Assembly: GCF_006345805.1 (NCBI RefSeq)
Contig: NC_043021.1
Location: forward strand, 26,040,001 to 26,104,000
Reading direction: 5' to 3'
Length of the DNA: 64,000 bases
Source of the DNA: Octopus sinensis
Lineage: Eukaryota
Positions 1-11,974 of the stretch are shown in pieces. The position numbers were made by a program, and so were the translations under genes. Position 1 is the stretch's first letter, and each line of letters starts with the position of its first letter. The notes below the pieces were generated by a model that was not told where the DNA came from, made no database searches, and saw only the letters and a program-made list of their open reading frames with translations.

Positions 1-1298
1 TTGAATCACACACACGGTGAAAGGGACAATCAAACACATTAAAAGTGGCCCCTTCTTGTTTCTTTCTTCCTGTTTAGAATCAAGAGTCAGCACCTACTCA
101 GCCTTGTGAGTCTCACCAGCCTTTTTATAAAACACACTGGAATGTAACATGCCCCCCACTTCTACCTTCACCCTCCCCTTCAAGTGGTACTTAAAGAGGA
201 GGCTGATGATGGTGGGCCAGAGAGGAAAAATACATGCCCCCAAATCTTTTAATTCCATCCATCCTTGTTTCCAAAAGACAGCAGTAGGTAAGTCATTGCT
301 ATGGACTTGGCTGATAGCTGGACCTGTCCTCTGCCCACCAGCTGTTCAACAGAAGGGACACCTTTTGGCAATGCATGGAAACTGAACAAGAGAGTGCAGA
401 ACCGTTTCATCATTCTATGCACATCTCAGACAGATTTGAACGTCGGCATTTCTATGCCACTGGATGGTCACTCCCATCAATTTCAATGTGAGTGTTTGAA
501 GGAAAGGATGGAAAAAAAAGAGAACCTGCATCTATGTGTGATGGATGTGTGAATGTAATTTGAGTCCAGGAATGAGTTTTGCAACGAGGTCACAAAGGGG
601 ACAACGATGAATAGGATTTTGCTCGAGATTGGACAAATGGGTCTGCAGATTGCATTGTTTTGTTTTTTCAACTTAAGTCATTTAAGGGAGTAAACCCCTA
701 GAGAAAATCTGGAGAGAGGGGCCCTAAGGCAGAAATAATAATAATAACAATGACGACGAAAATAAATTCGCTGATGCAGGACCAGGCAAGGGTTCTCATG
801 CCTTCTGATCTTAACTGATTGACATTGTTTTGTCTTGTTACAAAAGATGGGCTACAGCAAATATTCTGTGTGATATCATATCTGATTGTCAGCTGTTTGC
901 CCATAACCAGTTGAGCAATCCACTTGGTGGCTGACGATATGTGCATCTCTGATCACAAGCAGGAGTAGTGGGGGAGCATCATAGACATGTGTTGAGAGGA
1001 ATTCTTTGGGGTTGGACAAATTCACCCCTGGAAACAAGGGTGTTTCGTTCATCATTCTTAAACAAACCTTATTCAGGGACCCTTTGAACAGGATGGGCTA
1101 CTCAACCTGAAGAAGATTCTAACTGGTCCCCACCTACAAGGTCATGTGTTGTTTATATTAATGAGATCATCAAGATACACACATATGGTTGTGATGCATG
1201 TGCCTGGTGTACCCTTATCAGACAGGTAGTCATGATGGGTATATTGGGCTTCTATACTTGTACCCCAGTGTCACATTGATGGCATACACTGCTCTTGC

Positions 1299-1341
<43 letters not shown>

Positions 1342-1398
1342 TAATAATGATAATAATGATAATAATATTCGTGAGTTAATGGTTGTATTAGTACTGAC

Positions 1399-1504
1399 CT
1401 GCAGTGGCAAGGACTATTCCAACAAATAAAGCAATTTCCGTATCATTCAGGTTGAGCATGTTGAAGTTAGATGTTAATTCAAACATGGTGTTTACAAAAT
1501 CCAT
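1399..1504 (-). CDS. Eip78C: E78 exon: LBD helices 7-8 (MDFVNTMFELTSNFNMLNLNDTEIALFVGIVLATA)
   Basis: Hand translation. Acceptor ttttcttttccag|, donor G|GTCAGT. L.L.D.EIAL helix-8 motif. The remaining exon(s) must lie beyond position 1. Confidence 0.93.
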
Positions 1505-2169
1505 CTGGAAAAGAAAACAAACATTGAAGACAGGGAAAAAAAAAAAAAAAATTCACCTCATGTTCTGACAGAAAAATATACAAAGTTCATCTGTAACTTC
1601 TTTACATTTAACATCTTGCTGGCGCACACACACACACACACACACACAGAGGCTGCTCTTAAACAGGGTAAGGACCCCACCACCACTGTTCCTGCAAAAC
1701 ATGGCCTTAGCTACAATGACTGAAGCAATCTAAAGAACTATAAAATTCACTCAAATAAACACTTTCAATACAAAGACTTCTCTGGTTCCATGACCCAAAC
1801 ATTCTTTTTACAATGATTGAAATTAAAATTTCATGCTAATTAATGTTTTGAAAATTAACTTTATTTTATGATGTTCGTTCTTTATTATTTTCTAAATTAA
1901 TTGTCACAAAGACAATTAATTTCAATGAAAATATATATTTCTACAGAAACATAACAAATGGAGATGAAAGTTTGCAGGTGCTGGTAGCACAGGGGAAGCA
2001 CCAGTGCCATCTAAAGAGCACTTTGGAAAGTGGTTGGCATTAGGAAAGGCTTCCAGCTATAGAAATCATGACAAAGCAGACAATTGGAGCCTGCTGCAGC
2101 TGGCCATCTCCTGTCAAACCATCCAACCCATGTCAGCATGGAAAATGGATGCATGATGATGATGCAACA

Positions 2170-3340
2170 AACAACTCCAAAGAGATATAACAATGGTAAG
2201 GATTTCTTGCTTTCGCGCAGTTTGTAGAAGGACATTGTTGAATATTGTTGTAGCAGGGATCCTAGTTTGAAGGAAAGGGTGAGATGAGACAGGCCCCACA
2301 TAAACCATTCCTTGCAACCTTGTTGGGTAATTTAGTGAACATTTAAAAAAAGGCTAAAAGGGAAAATCTAGAGAAAGGGTCCCTATGACAGATATGTACT
2401 GCTCCCTTTGTGACATATCCATGAATGAAGAGGTGGAATGTGTACTTAGGGCCAGGAATTTACTTCTGGAAACAGACCAGGCATGGCAGCAGGGGGGGGG
2501 GGTTTAAGTTATTGTCTCTACAAGACAGTCATCCAACAACAAAGCAGACCAACCATACCAGGAATGTCCAAACAATCCTCAAACTGGATCCAGCTCTTGA
2601 AACAATTTCAGAAAAGAAAGATTTTATAATTTCAAAATAATCTTTCAGGTATAAATCTCGCGCTTGCATTTAGAGTAGAAACCTAACTAAAGCTGTGATT
2701 AACACTGGTTTCATTTAATCACCGACTACTAATTTTTGTTGGTTTCTTTTGAATTCCGACAATATCTTATGCAATTAATGAACTGAATTTAGTTTAAGAA
2801 AAATTAAGACTTTTTAAAAAAATGAATGAAGTTCAATAATGATGATGATGATGAAAAGTGAATTCAAACAAAATTCTTGATTCTTTGAAGTGCAAGAGTT
2901 TGAGGTTTATACAAGAGACATTGGTCAAAGCCAATGGCCTCATCACTTTGAAGCAATTTGAGGCGTTTCACATTTGGTGTATATGTTTATGCGGTGGTAG
3001 GCATGGTGGAATGGAGACATATAATTTTGGAGATTTTCTTAGCATGTGTAGAGTAAAGTAGGAGGCAAAGCAGGTAGCAAATATGGAAACCATCTCTGCA
3101 GGAATATTGTCAACAGAAGCATGAGAGTGAAGAAGGTGTGTGGACTGTGGTGATGCATGGAAGAATTATTCCTGTTTCAGATGATGGTCTGACAAGAATC
3201 ATGGTGTTGGACATGAGCTGACTACTTTGTAAAGGTGGGTGATTTTCTCCAAGTGATGGTTTCTATTTTGCTTGTTGCAGCACAGAGCCATTGCACAACT
3301 GTCTTGAAGGACTTGAGGTCTGTGAGATGTTAAAGGACAA
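2170..3340 (-). mobile_element. Possible very old LINE remnants
   Basis: Only short motifs (MRPLALTNV; VDNIPAEM); heavily interrupted. Confidence 0.3.
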
Positions 3341-3711
3341 ACCTAAAAAAAAATGGTTTCACTCCCTCTCCTAGCTGTTTCTGGTCAGTCAAGGGTAGAA
3401 CACACGTGCTGCCAAGGACAGGGAGATGAGCAAAAGATGGAACATTTTAGATTGGAATTTTAAAAATGGCCATTCTCTTTTACTCGTAGTCAATTATAAT
3501 TAACAATTTTTTTAAAAACTAGTTTCTTGCAACTTTCATATTTAAATGTCATTTTTACAGAAAACTGATTCTATCCAATTGGCTGACCAAATATTTACTG
3601 GAAGCTTTTCTCAACATTCAAAAACTAATCACAAGTTTAATTTCCTATTCTCTGGCCACACAATAAAAGCTATTTTCTGAAAATGTCAGTTTTTCTCATA
3701 TTATTTCCAAC

Positions 3712-4247
3712 AGAGGTAGGCCCAGGAAGACATGGGACAAAGTGGTGTAGCATGATCTTCGAACTTTGAGCCCCACAGAGGCAATGACTAGTGACCGAGA
3801 CTTTTGGTGATTATGCTGTGCTTGAGAAGATCCGTCAAGCTGAGTGAAATCGTAGCCACAGCTGATGTTGGTGTCATATAACTGGCACCCGTGCCAGTGG
3901 CACGTAAAGAGGACCACTTGAGCATTGGTGCCTCCTGGAGGCAAAGTGGCTGAGTTCCTTTCGAGCACTGGGCCTCACAGAGGCAATGACCAAGACTTTT
4001 GGCATATGCTTGAGAAGACCCATCAATCCGAGCAAAACTGCAGTCACGGCAGATACCATGCAAATGGCATTCGTGCCAGTGGCAGATAAAAGCATCCATT
4101 ACACTCTCAGAGTGGTTGGCATTAGGAAGGGTATCCAGCCATAGAAACCATGCCAAATCAGACTGGAACCTGGGGCAGCGTTCCAGCTTACCAGCCCTGG
4201 TCAAACCATCCAAACCATGCCAGCATGGACAACAAATGTTAAATGAT
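3712..4247 (+). mobile_element. Truncated copy of the same RTE family (ORF end plus 3' UTR), with the ORF end duplicated
   Basis: RGRPRKTWD...HDLRTL-like sequence; ORF-end segment repeated near 3961-4030; terminal ccatgccagcatgg. Confidence 0.88.
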
Positions 4248-4941
4248 ATAACAACTGTACCTACAATATATTAAATTTCAACACCCACACTCAAAAAAAA
4301 AACACACACACACACACACACAGCACCCATTACTTTCAGAAAGATTTTTTTTCAAGCTCAGAATTGTCAAAGCACAGAATAAGTTGGCTGCGTTGGTGCT
4401 TAAATGTCAGGCTACTGCATCCTTCCAAAATTCACCAGTTCCTGACATTCCTAATCTCCTTTTCTTCTTGAGGATTTATTCTATGTTTTTGAGCTTTATT
4501 CTGTGTACTCTAGAAAGTACACTACAATGTACTTTTAGCTTTCATTGCTGTCCTTCTTTACTTCACTCATTACTGTTACTGTTTTCTATTCCTTTTTTTA
4601 ATGCAATGAGTTGTAAAGCACCTGAGTACAGTTTATAAGAAGCACACTATTATTGTTATTATTATACCTGTGAAAATTAAAACGAAATATCAAAGAAGAA
4701 AGGGGCTCTCTACCCCACTTTTGACCAGGCTCCCGTGGCTTTTATGGGTTTTTCCACAAGTAACCTTTCGAAGCGCCTCCCCCTATTGGGAATTTCAATT
4801 GTTATATTTTCGTTGTTATCTCTGGAATTTTTACACGGTTTTTTTGCAAACAGACAAAACCCTTTGTAACTTTCGTCCTGTGTTTTGTCCCTTTATGTTT
4901 TAATTGATTTTTGTTAGCCCTTGTGGCCAATAAACGAACAA

Positions 4942-4973
<32 letters not shown>

Positions 4974-5036
4974 CATATATGCCTGAGTAATTGCAATGGG
5001 TTATGAAACACACTGGCTACAAACAAAAGCACATAC

Positions 5037-5200
5037 CTGGTACACTGCCACCAACTCCTTCTTCACAATTGTGCTACCATCTTCAAAAGTCAGACAGTCC
5101 TCTTGGGAATCAAAAGTGCGTGCTTGTCGGGAGAGCCACATTTCAAAGAAGCCGGATTTTATTAAGATCAATTGGTCGTCCTGAGAAAGATCTGCAAAAC
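5037..5200 (-). CDS. Eip78C: E78 exon: LBD helices 4-6 (GFADLSQDDQLILIKSGFFEMWLSRQAR...ELVAVYQ)
   Basis: Hand translation. Acceptor tctgtcttttag|, donor CAG|GTATGT. Completes the F..L...DQ..L.K LBD signature. Confidence 0.95.
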
Positions 5201-5231
5201 CTAAAAGACAGAAGAAGCCAAACTGAGAAGT

Positions 5232-6081
5232 GAGATGGCACGAGGGGAGATGGCACGAAGGGAGATGTCACGAAGGGAGATGGCACGAAGGGAGATGGCA
5301 CGAAGAGAGACGGCACGAAGGGAGATGGCACGAGGGGAGATGGCACGAAAGGAGATGGCACAAAAGGAGATGGCACGAAGGGAGATGGCACGAAGGGAGA
5401 TGGCACGAAAGGAGATGGCACGAAGGGAGATGGCATGAAGGGAGATGGCACGAAAGGAGATGGCACGAAGGGAGATGGCACGAAGGGAGATGGCACGAAG
5501 GGAGATGGCACGAAAGGAGATGGCACGAAGGGAGATGGCACGAGGGGAGATGGCACGAAGGGAGATGGCACGAAGGGAGATGGCACGAAGGGAGATGGCA
5601 CGAAAGGAGATGGCACGAAAGGAGATGGCACGAAGGGAGATGGCACGAGGGGAGATGGCACGAAGAGAGACGGCAATGGCACGAAAGGAGATGGCATGAA
5701 GGGAGATGGCATGAAGGGAGATGGCACGAAAGGAGATGGCACGAAAGGAGATGGCACGAAAGGAGATGGCACGAAAGGAGATGGCACGAAGGAGATGGCA
5801 CGAAGGGAGATGGCACGAAGGGAGATGGCACGAAGGGAGATGGCACGAGGGGAGATGGCACGAGGGGAGATGGCACGAGGGGAGATGGTACGAAGGGAGA
5901 CGGCACGAAGGGAGACGGCACGAAGGGAGACGGCACGAAGGGAGATGGCACGAGGGGAGATGGCACGAAGGGAGACGACACGAAGGGAGATAGCACGAGG
6001 GGAGATGGCACGAGGGGAGATGGCACGAAGGGAGACGGCACGAAGGGAGACGACACGAAGGGAGACAGCACGAAGGGAGAT
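5232..6081. repeat. 15-bp minisatellite (GAGATGGCACGAAGG)n, about 57 units
   Basis: Directly visible tandem array with point variants and a few small indels. It explains the (EGRWH)n, (KGDGT)n and (PSPFV)n ORFs. Confidence 0.98.
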
Positions 6082-6147
6082 TTGGGGACAGGAACTGGAG
6101 GAGGGAAATTGATATTGTTGTTGTTAGAAGAACTCAAGCAGGACTGT

Positions 6148-6583
6148 TGTAGGTAAGTGGTTAAGAAGTTTGCTTTCCAACAACATCGTCTCAAGTTCAT
6201 TCCCAGTACGTGGTACCTTGTATTATAGCCCTAGGCTCTATTATAGCTATTTTAGCCCTAGGCTGACCAAAGCCTTCTGAGTGGATTTGGTAGACAAAAA
6301 TTCAAAGAAGCCCATCATGTGTGTATGTATATGTAAACATCTGCATTGGTATATGTATCTGTATACATGCACGTGTATATTGTCCATATCCTTGTGAGTG
6401 AGTGCCAGAAGTGATGTCATTTGGTTTGGGGAAAACACATCTAGCCATGGGGAAATATTACTTTGCTTGGAAACAAGTGGGAGCTGACAACAGGAAGGGC
6501 ATTCAACAGTAGAAAATCTGCCTAAACAAATTCTGTCTGACCCCTGCAGGCAGGGAAAAGTGGATGTTAAAACAATGACGATG
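6148..6583 (+). mobile_element. tRNA-derived SINE type A (head, (TG)n, RTE-like tail); further copies near 8487-8780, 20400-20890, 29270-29645, 38130-38490, 40375-40715 (-)
   Basis: Head gtggttaagaag.ttgctt.ccaa...gttca; body ccaaagcctt.tgagtggatttggtagac; tail caggaagggcat...gaaaagtggatgttaaaacaatgacgatg. Confidence 0.85.
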
Positions 6584-6850
6584 TGTGTTTATGTTTCTTT
6601 ACCTCAACACTGCATGAGAGTTGTAAATGGGTGTCACCATCGTACAAGGAATATCATCCATTTCCAATCTTCCATGAAAACATGCCTGGCCACAGAGAAA
6701 TAATTGACACTGCTCTGAAGCAGGGAAGGGTTGATGACGGGAAGGGCATCCAGTTACAGAATATCTGCCTGAATGAATTGGTGTTGGTGGTAGTGATAGT
6801 GCTGTTGTTGTTGGTGGTGGTGGTAGAGGTTGCATAAAGCTATGACCTAC

Positions 6851-6992
6851 CTGGAAGTCTTTTGGCAAATTCCACAATGCTTTGTATTGAAGGTGTTATA
6901 AGACTGGCCAGATTCTCCCACATCAGAAGCCGGTGTGTTTTGACTTCTTCTTCAGTCAGTTGCAGAGAGGTTGAGATCGAAATGGAGTCTAA
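6851..6992 (-). CDS. Eip78C: E78 exon: LBD helix 3 (LDSISIS...LMWENLASLITPSIQSIVEFAKRLP)
   Basis: Not in the ORF track; translated by hand. Acceptor tccgtcaacag|, donor G|GTAGGT, 142 nt. Start of the NR LBD signature (FAKRLPGF). Confidence 0.93.
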
Positions 6993-7938
6993 CTGTTGAC
7001 GGAAACAAAACATTCAGACAATTCAATAGTTTCACCACATTTTTGTTTCATTACATCTCTGTGAAAGAAAATTAATTAGTTTCAAAGTGAAGGCAGCTTC
7101 CAGTGGAATTCAAGAGGTGCAAACGAGAGACTGACAAGTTTGCTTCCTAACCACATGGTTTCAGATTCAGAGTCACCTTGGGCAGGTGTCTTCCACGACA
7201 GCTCTGAGTCAATCAAAGACTTGTGAGATATGCATTTCATCGTAGCTGCAGCTTATCAATGTTATGTGCATGTGTCACTTACAAAATAAATTCCTAGCAG
7301 GAATACCTGTCATCATAGGCTTACTCAGTCAGAGCTGACCAGGGGCTAAACAACATACAATGCACACAAATATGGAAAACAATCACAAAAGAGCCACATA
7401 ATTGTGCCAGTGTGCCCAACAGATTAGCAGTGAGTTTAGGACTCAGCAATTGGCTCTATATCATACTTAGACATCTTATGCAATATGGTCCTCCATTGCA
7501 TTGGAGGAGAGGCTCAAGTGGAGAGCCTGAGCCAAATTCTATGAGAAATGCAGAAAGCAATGGTACATGTCATTTATATAGATATATTTTAACATGTCTG
7601 ACATAGTGAGGAAATAAGCTGTTGACAAACTGAAACATGAATATATAAGAAGCATAAAAACACCAAAAAGGTCTCCGACATTTCGTCAATATGACGTTAA
7701 ACAATGATGATGATGATCCCTTGATTAATATACATGGACAGCCTTTGGATTTTTGTATCCAAAGGGTTTTTTTTTACCCCAGTATTTATACCTTTATCTT
7801 CTTTGAGATCCTTTGTTCCCCCCCAAAAATTATTTCACATTCTCTTGAAGATTATAAATTCTTATAACATAAGAATAAATATATATATTTATATACACAC
7901 ACACACACATACATGTGTGTGTGTGTATGTATAGATAT

Positions 7939-7940
<2 letters not shown>

Positions 7941-7995
<55 letters not shown>
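7941..7995. repeat. (GA)n microsatellite next to the exon-4 donor
   Basis: Directly visible. Confidence 0.98.
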
Positions 7996-7999
<4 letters not shown>

Positions 8000-8008
8000 G
8001 ATACACAC

Positions 8009-8217
8009 CAAAGAGGCAGACTTGCGTTGCTGCATTTTCAATTTATCCTCAGTCAATGCACAGTTTGCCAAGTGGGCCTGCGACACACTCAATATGGTGT
8101 CATATATCTCCAACTGTTTTTTCTCCAGTGACGTAGGGTCCTGACTCGAGTCAGCTATGCCAATACGTTGATCGTCTAAACTCTTGCTGCGTTTTGGAAC
8201 CCTGCCATATCGCACAG
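8009..8217 (-). CDS. Eip78C: E78 exon: C-terminal extension, hinge and LBD helix 1 (SVRYGRVPKR...QAHLANCALTEDK...ASL)
   Basis: Acceptor ttctttacag|; phase 1 completes TCT (Ser). VRYGRVPKR GRIP-box-like motif typical of NR1D/E. Donor TTG|GTGTGT in phase 0. Confidence 0.93.
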
Positions 8218-9011
8218 CTGTAAAGAAACTTCGGGTTAATGCCAGCATAAAGTAAAAACGAGAACAAGAGATCAATTCCTCCAGAAGTCACCAGCAAAAT
8301 TTCCATTAAGCAGCCCACATTGATCTAAAGTGATGAAGCCATCGCACATGTTACATAAGCAGTGGATACATGTTACACAATTTACGCATGTGTATTGTGA
8401 AAATTTTCCATATATTGTACAACTAGCTCATGTATCCCACATTAATGTATCATATAACCAGCACATGTAGGCTGCACAACCAGCCATGGTAATATTCCCC
8501 CAAGGCCAGACATGTTTTTGCAGAATACTGGAAATGAATGACACCAATCTGTGAGATAGTGACGTTCATTGACAACTATCTCAGGATGTGAAGACAAGGT
8601 GACACACACACAATATAATAAGCTTCTTTCAGTTTCCATCAACCAATTTCACTCAAAAGGCTTTGGTCAGTTTGAGGCAGTAGTTGAAGACAATTGGCCA
8701 AATGCCCAAGGTTCAGCACAGTGGTGGGATTGAACACCAAACCACATGGTTGGGAAGCAAGCTTCTTAACAACACCACTACACCCACAAGAAGCACTAAA
8801 TATTTAATCATTGACCATTAATAAAAGCCAAATGTTTGTCACTGACCCCAGACAGATTTACAATCTTTGTGACATTACAACATGCAAACCTCAACTGACC
8901 ACAAAACATAAAACCATAGAAATTGGCAGTGGACAGACAATATTGACCACCAAACATATAACCAAGGACACTGACAGCCGCTAAACATTAATGACCAATG
9001 ACTATACTTAC

Positions 9012-9153
9012 AATCTCTGGACATTCCGACAGCCAAACATTTCTTAAAGCGGCAGTACTGGCAGCGATTCCTGTTAAGTCTGATTACCATACACTTTCCA
9101 TCACGTAAGCACCGGTATTCAATCTGTTTCTGAATGCTGCGTCGGAAGAAGCC
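9012..9153 (-). CDS. Eip78C: E78 exon: second zinc finger ([47 protein letters not shown])
   Basis: Acceptor ttgcag|, donor T|[23 protein letters not shown] is the E78-type D-box region (E75 and Rev-erb differ here). Confidence 0.98.
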
Positions 9154-9724
9154 CTGCAATTATAAAAAAGAGCTTTTCTTTGTACCTGTCTCTTCTGTGA
9201 CCCCTCCTGCAGTGGCTTCACCATTCCACGGACCACAACTAATGCCTCGTTACCTGGACCCTTCATCAACACCCCTTTCCACTCTACCTTGACCACCACA
9301 CTACTACAGTACCCCATTAATGTTATCACATGACTAGTATCTACTGCAACTAGCACACAAGCCAACACCTCAGCATCACCACCACTACCACCAACCAAAT
9401 AGTACAACATTAACTGTACCACCACTCCTGCACTACATACTAACTTCAATAACCATCCCACTCACTACCGTTGCGGGGAATGAACTACAGATCCATCTGT
9501 ACCCATGTACCCATGTACACACAGGGTTCCACTGACCAGCGAAGCAGAATAGCAGAGAGTGAACCACAAGAGAAGAGCTACTTTGGGTTGGGGGTCTGGC
9601 AATTTTTGTAGTCAACGGTATGTTTAAGGAAGGGGATGGCCTGGTTGTTTAGGGCCTCAAAGGCCAGCCAAATCTCATGCTATGATACAACCACTGGCCC
9701 TTGAATTCTTTGTATCTATTTTAA

Positions 9725-10572
9725 CCCCCTTAGAAACCAACTCATCTGAGACTGCCCCTAATTCGTTGACACAAACTTCTTCCTGTTTTGAAGTAATCTC
9801 ACTTAACCCTTTGGCATTCAGATTACTCCCTCAAATGTAAGGCTTATTCTTTCACATCGCTTTCAGTTAATCATGCATTATCTCTCTCTCTTTCATTCTC
9901 ATTCTCTGGCCAGGTAACCATGTATCTCTTCTATAGCATCTCTGTCTCTAATCTTTCATCATCTGACACAAGATCCCCTTCTCCAATGACCCCTGCCCCT
10001 CTCAAAATTCTTGGTGACCCTCCATCTGTGCTGGTCTCACGTAAAAAGCATTCAGTCTGCACATTAAAGTGGTTGGAATTTGGAAGGGCATTCAGCTGTA
10101 AAAACCATGCCCAGACTGACCTCCCTCTGTGCTGGTGCCACATAAAAAGCATTCAGTTCACTCTACGGGGTGGTTAGTGTTAGGAAGGGCACCCGACCAT
10201 AAAAATCATACCAAAACAGACACAGTAGCCTGGTATAGTCTTCTACCTGGCCGGCTCCTATAAAACCATCCAACCCATGCCAGCATGAAAGACAGACATT
10301 AAATGATGATAATGATTGTAGATTTTCTGAATGACATTGTAGGAGAGGTGTGAAAAATCAGATCTGGTCAGTTTGGACATAAAACAGCAAAAATATTTCG
10401 GCTGGACATGGACATGCTAAAATGTTAAAACCTTTTCATCAAAATCCTGTTAACTTTTATTCCAAACATCAGCTTAATAAGGATTAAGCAATTTACGAAA
10501 TTTTTCAGTATTTTCAAAGTTAATTGAAACAAAGACTCGTGTATTTCAACAGAAATATGGCATCAAAACAGG
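9725..10572. mobile_element. Nested piggyBac-type MITEs: outer (relative of 17425-17644) split at an internal TTAA by an inner MITE 9807-10424, which itself contains an RTE tail
   Basis: TTAA|CCC at 9721 and 9803; TTAA again at 10425. The rejoined outer halves align with the reverse complement of 17425-17644; the inner MITE aligns with 32799-32941. Confidence 0.7.
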
Positions 10573-10633
10573 TGTGTGTGTTTGCATGCTACCATTCAAG
10601 AGTGAGAGCAATATTCCTGGTCGACAGACTCAC

Positions 10634-10755
10634 CTTGCAACCTTCACACGATGTTACTCCATAATGATACCCTGAGGCTCTGTCTCCACATACTTTACAT
10701 GGAACAAACGTCTGTTTAGGACTGTTAGAATCAGCTGCGAGCACATTGCTCTCTT
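10634..10755 (-). CDS. Eip78C: E78 exon: first zinc finger of the DBD ([40 protein letters not shown])
   Basis: Acceptor ttcttcttgcag|, donor AAG|GTGAGT. C4 finger with EGCKG P-box; the [13 protein letters not shown] string matches insect E78 as recalled. Confidence 0.97.
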
Positions 10756-11164
10756 CTGCAAGAAGAACCAAAGACACAAAAACGGAATCAAGTAAAATTA
10801 AATGAATTCAAAGACAAATTCTTTGTGTTAGTTTTTAAAATTAATTTGATTTAATCACCATTGGTACCGAGCTGACAGAATAAGGAAAACGAGACAGAAT
10901 GCTTAGCAGCAGCAACACTTGTGGCTCTTTAGGTTTGAGTTCAAATCCCACCATGGTCAACTTTGGCTTTCATTCTTTTGGGACAATAAAATAAAGTACC
11001 AGTCATGTACTGGGGTCAATGTAATCAACTAATCCCTTGCCCCTAAAACTGCTGGCCTTGTGCCAGTGTTTGGGACCATTATCATACAACAAACACAGTA
11101 AAAACTCAACAAAATTCATTGTAGTTATGTTTATTTTCAAACTTCATCAGGAATGATTTTATCT

Positions 11165-11383
11165 TTCATGTCTGGCTAGCCTTGTCTGCTCTGGCCCCTG
11201 TGCCGGTGACATGTAAAAAGCACCCACTACACTCACGGAGTGTTTGGCGTTAGGAAGGGCATCCAGCTGTAGAAACACTGCCAGATCAGACTGGAGCCTG
11301 GTGCAGCCTCCTGGCTTCCCAGTCCCCAGTCGAACCGCCCAACTCATGCTAGCATGGAAAACGGACGTTAAACGATGATGATG
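11165..11383 (+). mobile_element. RTE 3'-tail copy; representative of further short copies near 1990, 10025, 12640, 16485, 36525, 56320, 57290 (+) and 40058, 47505 (-)
   Basis: gcgttaggaagggcatccagctgtagaaac...catgctagcatggaaaacggacgttaaacgatgatg, nearly identical to 42810-42949. Confidence 0.9.
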
Positions 11384-11974
11384 TCTCCCTGGGGCTGATC
11401 AATTAATCATTAAGTAGCAGTTATATGTGTGTGTGTGTGTGTGTGTAATGGTGGGATGGGGACAAGTGCAAAAGGGAAGATCGATTAAATTAACTTCACT
11501 GTTCTCCCCTCAAATTTGTGCCAAAATTAAAAAAAAAAAGAAGGCCGGGCAGGGAGTGTAGAGTGCAAGAATAGTTGTGTGGTTAAGAAATCTGCTTCCC
11601 AATCACATGATTTCAGGTTCAATCTCACTGCATGGCATCTTCGGTGTCTTCTACTATAGCCCTGGGCCAACCAAAATTATGTAAGTGGATTCAGTAGACA
11701 AATACCTCAAAAGATTTGTGTGTGTGTGCGTATGTGTATGTGTGTGCACGCTTCTTTACATTTGCACTTTATAAATAGTTGGTTGTTGTTGTTTAACCCC
11801 AGGTCAACTCCACTAAGTAGGCCGATGATCAAAAACATTCTATGGCCATTCTGTATTAGTTTAGAAGTTTAAAGGGTTACAGTAACCTGTGAGGCCCTTT
11901 CCTTTTAAGATGGTAGGATGCAGTGGGGTTGATTTTAAATAGATTTAGTTGTTGTTGTTGTTATTATTACTATA

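Noticed and set aside
1-1398. Search for the final E78 LBD exon
   Set aside because: No DRPGL/helix 9-12-like frame found. The CPLC...H...H string at about 500-590 (-) looks like a LINE-type zinc-finger remnant and is too short to call.
5232-6081. Resemblance of gagacggcacgaa variants to the Illumina P7 adapter, and of AGATGGCAC to YY1/CTCF cores
   Set aside because: The adapter match is partial and the units carry natural-looking variants. The factor motifs match only half the consensus, which is not enough to call.
5143-6200. 200-310 aa ORFs in several frames over the 15-mer array
   Set aside because: The unit has no stop in any frame, so long ORFs are automatic; the array is intronic to E78 and has internal frameshifts.
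10678-10690. CGDR instead of the CGDK usual in E78 (an A-to-G-like change)
   Set aside because: Arg at this position is common in other nuclear receptors; no basis to link it to editing.
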